IMG/VR virus record: IMGVR_UViG_3300029319_000016
Coordinates: 1 to 64,000 of that record
Length of the DNA: 64,000 nucleotides
Reading direction: 5' to 3' (one strand)
Source of the DNA: a virus
Of this stretch, positions 1 through 8,900 are shown one piece after another (the first letter of the stretch is position 1; every line of letters starts with the position of its first letter). The notes beneath the pieces were generated by a model. That model saw only the letters and a list, made by a program, of their open reading frames with translations, was not told where the DNA came from and ran no database searches. The position numbers were made by a program, and so were the translations under genes.

Positions 1-1711
1 TCATTACGCCTTTACGTGGCACAAAGTCTTCGACACCGAAGATTGTAGGTGTTGTTTGTAGTGGAACGTAAGGAGCATAAACGTATCCTGATTCAAGGAA
101 TGAACCACCTTTACGTCCAACAAGAATAGCATTTCTTGGGAAGTAAGGATCAACGATTACGTCAAACTTACGAGAAAGAGAACCTGCTTTAACAGCGCCA
201 ATAGTTCCCTTGTCAGCATCAGCTGTAACGTTAGCACGGAATCCAGAAGTAAATTCTAAAATGTTAGCAACTTCAGGAGAACAAACAATATAGTTAGCCC
301 CGCCACGAAGTGTTTTTAAGTGGATTTGTGCAGAAACATCATTAATGGTTTCAATAAGAGTTTCATACCATTCTGAAACTGTTCCTGTAAAGTCAGGAGC
401 AGCCGAAGAAGCACCAAGCTCAGCACCATTAATTCTATTTACAAAAAGACCAGGTGAACGAGACCAGTAATATGTTGCAGCAGTTGCACCATTTACAAGA
501 TCCGCAAGAAGTTCACGGTCAATTTCTAAAGCAATTTGTTCAGAAAGAATAGAAGTCAATTCTACCTCGGCATCCAAGTTGTGATAAGCATTCAAATCTT
601 GACCCAACTCAGGTGTCCATTTAGCTTTAAGCTTTTTGGTTTGAGCTGTAATCGCGATTGAATCAACTTTGATGTCGATTTCTGGCATTGCGCCTTCTGC
701 TTCAAATGGGAAATTAAATGAATCAATTGTTCCGATTGTAGCATTTGTAGAAACTGAAATTCCATCTTGAACTGGGAATGTACCAATTTGAAGTTTTCCA
801 CTAATAGTATCAGTAGCAAGAGCACTATTTTCAGATACAAAAACAAATGAAACATGCTTATCTGCACCTGATCCAGATACTTGAGTCAAACGACGAACTT
901 GTTTCGTATTTACATCAGTATAAGTTCCAGCGGCTAGCAGACCAACAGTAACATTCAAAGCAGAACCAGAAATGCTAAAAGCAGCTAAGTTGTCATAGTC
1001 AGCATTTAAACCGTCATATACAACATTTGAAGCTTTTGTAGAAATTTTAATTACATGACTACTGGTTGCTGCCAATAAATCAGGATCATATTGAATAGCT
1101 TTCTTTTGAGCTTCTGTAGCAGATGCAATTGAAAATTGGCTCACAATTGAACAAGATGCGCCGTTAATAATAACAGAACCTGTTGGTGATCCATAAGCAT
1201 AACCAACTTGTTGACGAACACCTTGAAGGTTTTCACCAAGTCGACCAGTTATGTTAACACCACCGGTGATTTCAGCACCTGTACGGTCTGTACCATAAAT
1301 TGATTTGGATTTTGTATTACCAAAACGTTCTGTTGCACTACCTGCATCAGTTGCGTTATCATCACCAATTCTTGGTGAATAAACAAAATCAAGAAAGAAG
1401 ATCAATCCACTTGGAAGAGACATCGGTTGAACCGATACCAAATCGTTTGCGATCAATCCAGCAAAAACACGACGTACAATTGGAAACGCAACTGAAGCAA
1501 AACCTTCAATTTGTCCATTTGACATTGCATTAGATTCACGAAGAAGTTCCTTCGCTTGGTTTTCCAAAAGACGTGCCATATTGTGCTTGCCTTGTTGGGT
1601 ATCAATACCCTCAAGAAGTCCGGTAGCTTCCCACTTAGTGAGTAAAGCTTGCCCTTCTTTTTTCAAATCACGATTGACGATGCCTTCTGATAATTTTTGA
1701 ATTATAGACAT
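1..1711 (-). CDS. gp23: Major capsid protein, T4 gp23-like; 3' end runs off the window
   Basis: Absent from the ORF track because it has no stop in the window. Manual translation from ATG 1711 (SD AAGGAG upstream) gives MSIIQKLSEGIVNRDLKKEGQALLTKWEATGLLEG...FPIVRRVFAGLIANDLVSVQPMSLPSGLIFFLDF...KLKAKWTPELGQDLNAYHNLDAEVELTSILSEQIALEIDRE...GYVYAPYVPL...FVPRKGVM, which are gp23-family motifs. Confidence 0.96.
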   Translation of the reverse strand, partial: MSIIQKLSEGIVNRDLKKEGQALLTKWEATGLLEGIDTQQGKHNMARLLENQAKELLRESNAMSNGQIEGFASVAFPIVRRVFAGLIANDLVSVQPMSLPSGLIFFLDFVYSPRIGDDNATDAGSATERFGNTKSKSIYGTDRTGAEITGGVNITGRLGENLQGVRQQVGYAYGSPTGSVIINGASCSIVSQFSIASATEAQKKAIQYDPDLLAATSSHVIKISTKASNVVYDGLNADYDNLAAFSISGSALNVTVGLLAAGTYTDVNTKQVRRLTQVSGSGADKHVSFVFVSENSALATDTISGKLQIGTFPVQDGISVSTNATIGTIDSFNFPFEAEGAMPEIDIKVDSIAITAQTKKLKAKWTPELGQDLNAYHNLDAEVELTSILSEQIALEIDRELLADLVNGATAATYYWSRSPGLFVNRINGAELGASSAAPDFTGTVSEWYETLIETINDVSAQIHLKTLRGGANYIVCSPEVANILEFTSGFRANVTADADKGTIGAVKAGSLSRKFDVIVDPYFPRNAILVGRKGGSFLESGYVYAPYVPLQTTPTIFGVEDFVPRKGVM

Positions 1712-1729
1712 ATCATTTTCTCCTTTATA

Positions 1730-2782
1730 TTAGTCTATGCCAGCAAGTTTTTTCATTCGATTGGCAAATGAATGCTCTTCGATTGTATTCTCTTGCTTGC
1801 GTCTTGGCAGATGTGCGGAAAGAACTTGCTTTCTCTGTACCGACTCACTAAGTGATTTTGGTCCACTCTGTTTAGGTGTTCCCACTGTAGTTTCTTTAAG
1901 AGTTTGATAAAGAGTTTTAGCTTCTTTCAAAGTCTCTGCCTTAGCGATGGCTTCAACAATTTTAGATTTTTGTCGCTCATTCAAGGAGGCATCGCGTAAA
2001 ACTTTATTGCTATAAATTAATCTAGCATTTTGTGTAATCATTTCTTCTAACTTACCTTTCATGTCATCAAGAACAGTTCTCATTTTTTCTTGTTTGTCTT
2101 GATACATTAGGATGGAGTTACTAAGTTCCCCAACCTCTTTTTCTAATTCTTTTGCTTTTTCCTGAAACTCTGTTGACTGCTGTTTAGCCATTGCTAATTC
2201 TGCGTCATATTTTCTAGCTCCATTATCAGTAACAAAATGTCCGTGCTTAACTTCATCAACATCAACAGTTAGTGATTCATCTAGTACACCATCTTCCTCA
2301 TCTAACAAAGAAAGTAATTCATTTAATAAATCTTCATCTTCATTGTCAGATTCTTGTAAAAGGGCTCCTAAGTCTCCTCCAGCTCCTTCAGCAGGTTCAG
2401 CCCCAAGGTCACCTTCGGGACTCTCTAAGCCTATGTCAGAGGCCAAAGATTCGGTATCTTGAGGTTCTTCTCCGCCACTTTCTGGGTCTTCTTCCGCTTG
2501 TTGCTTGATTGATTCAAGATCAAGTTGAAAATCTTCTGGGTTAAATTCAAATTCTAATTCCATTTCAACTTCTTTATCATCTGCCATCGAAGGATCAGAT
2601 GCAAATGGTAATTCCATTTCTTCATTTATTATTTGTTCGGGTTCGTTATTTTCTAATAACTCATTCACAGCAGCTTTAATTTCAGACGAATACTTATCAA
2701 TTACAGCTTGTTCTGCATTTTTAAGTGCCGCTTCTTTTAGAGCTTTCGCATCAATAATTGCTTGTTCCAACATAGATGACAT
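1730..2782 (-). CDS. Prohead core scaffolding protein (gp22-like)
   Basis: Acidic coiled-coil protein of 350 aa immediately upstream of the capsid gene. It has many L-x-E sites and ends in RMKKLAGI. Confidence 0.75.
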   Translation of the reverse strand: MSSMLEQAIIDAKALKEAALKNAEQAVIDKYSSEIKAAVNELLENNEPEQIINEEMELPFASDPSMADDKEVEMELEFEFNPEDFQLDLESIKQQAEEDPESGGEEPQDTESLASDIGLESPEGDLGAEPAEGAGGDLGALLQESDNEDEDLLNELLSLLDEEDGVLDESLTVDVDEVKHGHFVTDNGARKYDAELAMAKQQSTEFQEKAKELEKEVGELSNSILMYQDKQEKMRTVLDDMKGKLEEMITQNARLIYSNKVLRDASLNERQKSKIVEAIAKAETLKEAKTLYQTLKETTVGTPKQSGPKSLSESVQRKQVLSAHLPRRKQENTIEEHSFANRMKKLAGID

Positions 2783-2817
2783 CTATACTCTCCTATTTAA
2801 TTAAACGTTTATCACAA

Positions 2818-2824
2818 TAAATAG
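2818..2824 (-). promoter_or_regulatory. Putative late promoter element CTATTTA for the scaffold and capsid genes
   Basis: AAACTATTTATT on the coding strand, about 35 nt upstream of ATG 2782. The same 7-mer recurs upstream of many genes. Confidence 0.6.
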
Positions 2825-2854
2825 TTTGATGATTAAGAAAAGAACTATACAATG

Positions 2855-3289
2855 TCAAGACAGAGCAATAGTACCTGTTTTAAGTTGCCCATCCGAATAT
2901 TTTACTCTAACTTTTAATTGATTGTTTCCTTCATCTAAATAAAAAGATATGCTTCCATTTTCTAAAGCACTACTAGCTGTTTCTGACCCAGCAACTTGCA
3001 TCATCTCTACATGACCTGAACCATCAAAAGAGATGGCAGGGTTCCCTGAGTTATCTCGTATGTCATTTCCTCTGACTCTGATGTCTCCTTGGATATCAAG
3101 TTTGTAAGAAGGTGATGCAACACCAATACCAACTTTGCCTTGCGAACCAGAAACAACCATTCTTACTGAACCGCTAGTTTCAAAACCAATGTAGTCTTCT
3201 TCAAAATCAATTTTTGTGTCTCTTTGTTCATCATCTGCTGCTTTGAGATCTCCGATGATTTGAGATCCTCTTGTAAATTTATATGACAT
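2855..3289 (-). CDS. Virion structural protein (fibre-like repeat)
   Basis: Start reassigned to MSYKFTRG at 3289, which has SD AGGAG and a CTATTTA element upstream. GKVGIGVASPSYKLDIQG resembles a tail-fibre repeat. Confidence 0.6.
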   Translation of the reverse strand: MSYKFTRGSQIIGDLKAADDEQRDTKIDFEEDYIGFETSGSVRMVVSGSQGKVGIGVASPSYKLDIQGDIRVRGNDIRDNSGNPAISFDGSGHVEMMQVAGSETASSALENGSISFYLDEGNNQLKVRVKYSDGQLKTGTIALS

Positions 3290-3305
3290 GTTTTTTCTCC
3301 TGCTA

Positions 3306-3312
3306 TAAATAG
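3306..3312 (-). promoter_or_regulatory. Putative late promoter element CTATTTA
   Basis: TTCTATTTATAGC lies directly after the terminator U-tract and about 17 nt upstream of ATG 3289. Confidence 0.55.
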
Positions 3313-3340
3313 AAAAAGACCGAGCAAAAACCCGGCCTTC
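3313..3340 (-). terminator. Rho-independent terminator
   Basis: Minus strand reads GGCCGGG-TTTTTG-CTCGGTC (7-bp stem with two G-U pairs) followed by TTTTTCTATTT, downstream of the 3375-4736 gene. Confidence 0.65.
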
Positions 3341-3374
3341 TTTTGAGAACATAAGATAATAATCTTTTTTTACA

Positions 3375-4736
3375 TTAGATAATTGACCAAAATAAAGAAG
3401 TTAATGAACCTTCAGTATTCTGTGCCCAATGTATAAGAGTAACAGCAGCGTCATTAGACTCTAATACAATAGCTGCTTCATCATCAGCATCAGTTCCTAA
3501 CTGAGCCATGTTTGAGCCTGAAGTATCTGATTGAATGTTTTCAATAGAGTGTGCGAAATCTCCATGTGATGAAGATTGAGCATAGATTGAAATTTTTCCA
3601 CCAGAAGCAAATGCAGGTGCTTTAATTCGAATTGTATCTCCAACAGACCATCCGGAACCAGAAAGTAAGTAAACACTTTCGTAAGCAAGTCCATTTTGAT
3701 CTAATTCAGCAGATGCATTATAGTAAAAACCACTACCACTTGTAGGACCAATAATACCATCAATAGTACCTGAGCCTGAAAGTTTATAAACATTTGTACC
3801 AGCAGCATACGTTTTGATATCAGATGCTAAAACTTTTTTACCAGTATTACTATCTGAAGCGTCAAACATAATGAATCCATCACCAGCAGCTATAGAAACA
3901 GAAGAACCTGCTCCAGCGTCAAGTAAATTTAATTCCGCAGCAGTAGCAGTGATAGAACTACCACCGATTTGAAGTGTTGTGGCGTTTACTTCACCACTTG
4001 AACCATAAATAACAGCTTTACTGTTAACAATAGTTCCAGCAGAAGAACCATCAACCAAATTAATTTCAGCAGCAGTTGAACTGATGTCAGCATCAATAGT
4101 AAAGTTACCAGCAACAGAAAGTTTTTTAGCAGCAGTGAACTCAAGCTCACCAGCAGCATCCATGTCGATGGTCAAAGTATTGTTGTTTGCAGGAGCTTGC
4201 AATTCAAACTCAGCTCTATCAGCAGAAGTTTTGATAAAACCTGTAGCAGATCCATCTTCTTCAAATTCAATACCAGCACCACCAGCAGAAGAGGCAGCAC
4301 CACCATCGTTAATAGTGATAAGCTTATCTTTAACAAGTAAGTTTGTTGTATCAACTGTTGTGGTTGTACCGTTTACAGTTAAGTTACCAGCAATAGTAAG
4401 ATTGTTAGATGCATCTAAAAGAGCACATCTAGCAGCATTAGTATTGTTTGATGTTGAAGCACCATCAAGAAAAGCAATTTCTGCGTTGGAAAGGTCGCAG
4501 AGAGTGTTTAATTTTGTAGCAGTAACATCAGCATCTGCTCCGTCAAGCTTGTTAAGCTCAGCAGCAGTAGCTGAAATCGCTGTTCCGTTAAAGTTAATAG
4601 CATCAACGTAAGCTGTACCGTCAATGTATAGATCTTTCCATTCTTTACCAGCTTCACCTAAATCTAACGCATCATCGTCAGTAGGAATAATAGAACCACT
4701 AAGTTTAGCAGTCCCTAATTGAAATTTGTAAGCCAT
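3375..4736 (-). CDS. Virion structural protein (fibre or decoration-like)
   Basis: 453 aa, rich in Ala/Gly/Ser/Thr. Three ATAAELNxLD-type repeats and a GNLTVNGTTTTVDTTNL motif typical of phage fibres. Strong SD GGAGG. Confidence 0.65.
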   Translation of the reverse strand: MAYKFQLGTAKLSGSIIPTDDDALDLGEAGKEWKDLYIDGTAYVDAINFNGTAISATAAELNKLDGADADVTATKLNTLCDLSNAEIAFLDGASTSNNTNAARCALLDASNNLTIAGNLTVNGTTTTVDTTNLLVKDKLITINDGGAASSAGGAGIEFEEDGSATGFIKTSADRAEFELQAPANNNTLTIDMDAAGELEFTAAKKLSVAGNFTIDADISSTAAEINLVDGSSAGTIVNSKAVIYGSSGEVNATTLQIGGSSITATAAELNLLDAGAGSSVSIAAGDGFIMFDASDSNTGKKVLASDIKTYAAGTNVYKLSGSGTIDGIIGPTSGSGFYYNASAELDQNGLAYESVYLLSGSGWSVGDTIRIKAPAFASGGKISIYAQSSSHGDFAHSIENIQSDTSGSNMAQLGTDADDEAAIVLESNDAAVTLIHWAQNTEGSLTSLFWSII

Positions 4737-4790
4737 ATTTTAATCCTCCATGAATAATATGTACATATGAGAGTTGTATCTCTCGGTTTT

Positions 4791-4797
4791 TAAATAG
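4791..4797 (-). promoter_or_regulatory. Putative late promoter element CTATTTA
   Basis: Intergenic, about 55 nt upstream of ATG 4736. Confidence 0.5.
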
Positions 4798-4817
4798 AAA
4801 CTAGTTTTACAATCGAC

Positions 4818-5936
4818 CTAATAAATAAAGAATTTTGACGTTCCATCGGAATATAAATTGACCGCCGCAAAGGGTGATTCTAATACTATTAAAGATTCAC
4901 CATCAATCGTTTGTGAACCAGATGCTAAAATAGTTATGTTTTTGGTGTCGGCTGCACCGCTTTCATCTTTTACCGTAAAGTATTGTCCTGCACTATAATC
5001 TGCTGCTGATGGAAGTCTTATGTTAATCGCTGATGTTCCTGAGACTGCAAGTATTGCTGATGAAACAGAAGCCGTAATTGTTGTGGTAACAGCTGTTCTA
5101 GAATAACTTATTCCTCCTGGTACTGTAACAGTAACGTCGTCACCAGAGTTTGTAGCTGTGACACCAGGACCAACAAAATCAAATGAGGAGGCCTGAGTGG
5201 TAAGAGCAGATCCACCTTCATTTTTAACAGTAATGTTTGTGGAAGTACTTGAAGAAATTTCAGTTAATTTTTGATCCAAGTATTTACCAACATAAAGATA
5301 AGCTGAAGCCGTTACAGGAATTTTTGTTGAATCGTAATCTTGAATAAAAATAATTCCTGAGTAGTAATCAAATTGCCAGTCTATTCCAGAAGTTGATGAG
5401 ATCTTATTAGCAGGGTTTGTAGGATCTCCAGTATATAGTTCAACATAATAGTAGTTGTTACCGCTTGCCCCAGGAAGACCAGCATCAGTAGCAAATGGTG
5501 GAACTAATTGTAAACCACCTTTAGATAAATAAAGTCTTTTACTATTGACGAAATTGCCAGAACCTTTGTTAGGGTTGGAGGAAGTTGTTTGATAATTTGA
5601 AGGTAGTTTTAAATAATAAGCGTGATTACCTGAAGTTTGTGATTCATCTCCACCATCAGATGCCGCAGCATCTGCATCATAAAAACCATCAGAAATAGCT
5701 ACACAATCAAAATAAACTCTTTCAACCGTCGCAGGAGCTCCAGCAGAAGCAGAATACAGTGTAAACATTTCCGTTCCTGGTTCTCTTGGAATTGTTTCTG
5801 AAAATACGCCTCCACCAACTACTGAAACATTTGAAGGATATGCTTCTTCGGCATCAGTCAAAGACGGTCTTGTCTGTGTCTTGCCTAGAAGTTTTTTAGC
5901 TGCGAAATTTGTCGATGTAACGTTTGTCTTTGCCAT
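4818..5936 (-). CDS. Virion structural protein
   Basis: 372 aa. Its segment ITVKNEG...SFDFVGPGVTATNSGDDVTVTV is shared with the neighbouring 1540-aa protein. The C-terminal LPSAA...VKDESG...IDGE...LYSDG domain is common in phage fibre proteins. Confidence 0.6.
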   Translation of the reverse strand: MAKTNVTSTNFAAKKLLGKTQTRPSLTDAEEAYPSNVSVVGGGVFSETIPREPGTEMFTLYSASAGAPATVERVYFDCVAISDGFYDADAAASDGGDESQTSGNHAYYLKLPSNYQTTSSNPNKGSGNFVNSKRLYLSKGGLQLVPPFATDAGLPGASGNNYYYVELYTGDPTNPANKISSTSGIDWQFDYYSGIIFIQDYDSTKIPVTASAYLYVGKYLDQKLTEISSSTSTNITVKNEGGSALTTQASSFDFVGPGVTATNSGDDVTVTVPGGISYSRTAVTTTITASVSSAILAVSGTSAINIRLPSAADYSAGQYFTVKDESGAADTKNITILASGSQTIDGESLIVLESPFAAVNLYSDGTSKFFIY

Positions 5937-5943
5937 TTTATTC

Positions 5944-8900
5944 CTAACTGTAAGCTATGGTTATTTGTGATAGATAACCTGTCCAATCTTTATGTGCGGA
6001 AACTTTTACCACAACATATTGGTTTTGTTTAATTCTTCTAGCACCAAGAGTAAGAGAAAGATCTAAGCCAGACGGAGAGTCTATAGTTTGATCTTCACCA
6101 GTCGTTTCACCAGATCTAATTCCTGCTCCATCATTAGAAGTGGTTGGTTGAGCTGAAGCATCAAAAATCTTTGCACAATCTGCCCAGCCAGTAGATTGAT
6201 CATCTGCACCGGAATAGTTTGCATCATAAGGTACTTTTAGTTCTATAAAAACATTTTTATTTGCTCCAAGTGCAGCTGCATAGGTACCTGTTTTGGCCAC
6301 TAAGTTTGCATCACCTTTTATGTTCATAGAAAAACTAGCAACAGTTGATGCAGATGTGTATTTAAAATACCTGTAAAAAGTTCTAACATTATTTGTTAAA
6401 GATGAATAGTCGGGATTTCCAGCTGGTGCTTGTAAAGAAGCATGGCCGGTGTTTCCAGCTACACCAATTTGAAATGGAGAGATTGCAAAACCAGCAGCTG
6501 TAACCATACCATCATCGTGTGATCCACCTCCATTCATTTGAGTCTGTGGGTTCCACGCGTTTGCGGATGAAGTAGTATCAGTTTGATTTGCATAATTACC
6601 AGAAACAATTCTGTAAGTTTCTGTATTAAAGTGTTCTTCTGTTTCAATTGTGGTGCTTCCAATCGAACCTGAATAAACCATTAAAGCAGTTTTAGAACCA
6701 ACAGAGGTGGTTTTATCTGATTTAAATGGATGTAAAATTCTACCTGTAACACTAACATCATTGGCTGTAAATAAACCAAGACCTCCACTAATTGATGGTG
6801 TACTACCATCATACTGAACCGTTCCTGTTATTTGAATTGTGGTTATTTCACAATCTGTTGAGTTATTTAAATTAGGCATTCCTGCTTGAGAAACAGCACT
6901 ATCAAAAGTAGTAATCCCAGATCCAACTGCTCTTATGTTAGTTACAGAACAGTTTGTTGTTGTTGGAAAAGAAATAGCCGCACTATCATTAGAATATACG
7001 TTAGAATAAAAATTAGAACCACTAAAATCAAAACTAGCTGTTGGGTTTGGAACAAAATAGCGAATACCTGATTGATAATATAAAGTTGTATGTCCAAAAT
7101 CAGAGATGGAAGGAGCAGAAACAGCAGTGTTGTCAGTAGATCCAGTAGTATCGACAATCCATTCAACATAATTGGTTTGCACTTTTGTCGTTGCTGTTAT
7201 ATTTAATTGTGTTGTACCACCCATGTTTGGATGAGATGTGCAGTAGGGATACAAAGTTACTGCTGCTTCTGGAATTATTTGTATGTAACCAGCACCACTA
7301 GTCACACCTGTTGTATAAGCAGAACCTCCACCATGTGATCCATCTGAAGTTGTGCTAAATGCTAATGGGTGCGATCCATTCGAAGAATCAGAAGTATCAA
7401 ATCTATAAGTATTTCCAATTTTTAAACTTAATGTTGTGTCTTTTACACCATCAAAGTAAAAGATACCACCAACTACTGTAACTACAATAGTCTGCATAGC
7501 TACTCTATCTAAATCATGAACAACTCTAGCATAGTTCCAACCTAGTCTTTGATCACTAGTTCCTATTTGATAAGTCCCAGTTCTATAAGGCTTGGTATAG
7601 TCAGGTATACCATCTGTAGTAGTACTAAACGAAAGAGCCGAAACACTAAAACCGGAATTGTTTCCATTGAAATCATTTGTTTTCGCTCCAATTGTATCAT
7701 AAAGTATTACTTCGTGTTTTTCTGAGCCATTAACTTCTATACTTAAAGCTCCTCTGTAAGAATCTTTAAAAGAATCAGCAGGATAGTTGGTTCCATTTGC
7801 AGAAACATTTTCATTTAAAGTACCACCCATGTTTTCAAATGCTTTAAACACACCTCTTTTTGTTGTACCTTGATCACTGTATAAAGCATTTGAATCGTAA
7901 TTAGCCATACTTCCAATTCCACTACCTTGAGCATTACTATATCCAACAACACCATTACTAGCACCAAATGATAGTTTTGCGTCTACACCAGCAGTATCGT
8001 CTAAATCAATGTCATCTAAAGCTAGAGATTCTGTTGCTGTGTTTGAAGTTGCTCCAACAGAAAAAGATAATTCAGTAAGGTATCCTGCCCAAGATTCATC
8101 TGCAAGGGCTTTTATCATAACATAGCCGCCGTTTGTTACCGATTGTGTTCCAAAAGAAATGCAATGAGTAGAATTTCCACTATCTGTACTAGCTGTATTG
8201 CTATTACTGGTAGCTCCATGTATTAGAGCTCCATGGCCATCAGAAGATGAACCATAATTAAAAGGTTGTGATATGTCCATCCATCCTGTCGATCCAGGTA
8301 TTTTAGCAAAAAAGTGTATGTTAGAAGCTCCTAAAGTAGAATCATTATATCTTGTACTATTTTTTGTAGAAACTATTTTCATGTCTCTTTTTGTAACACC
8401 ACTTGAATTTGTAATAATTCTATAAAATGTTCTTGTACCAACTATAGAAGAATAGTTTGGTTGTCCTGTTTCTACATTACTCATTCCTCCAAAATTACCA
8501 CCATTTGGTATGTCACCATCTACAGGACTATAAAGTCTTTGATTGTGATAAAGCAAACCATCAGTGTGACCTGATGCTCCACCACCTGTCATGTGGTTTT
8601 GAGAGTTCCAAACAGCTGATGCTGCTATAGTAGAACCTTGGGTATCGTAAGAACCAGAAGTTTTTCTATAAGTTTCATCATGAAATTTTTCTTCTAAATT
8701 AGTACTAGCCAAGGTTCTATTGTCTATTAAAAATCCATTTCCTGTTGTAGCTGAGCCTTGATTTGTTATAGTGTTTTTCAAAGGGTGTGTTACTGTAGTG
8801 TTGCAAGTAATTGCTCCATTAAACAAAGTAGATCCATTAAAATCTAACGCACCAGTTACCCCTAATACTTTTGTATTATCATCACTACCACCTAAATCTG

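Noticed and set aside
592-1533. ORF-track calls 592-867 (-) and 1300-1533 (+)
   Set aside because: Both are shadow ORFs inside the major capsid gene, which occupies 1-1711 on the minus strand in another frame.
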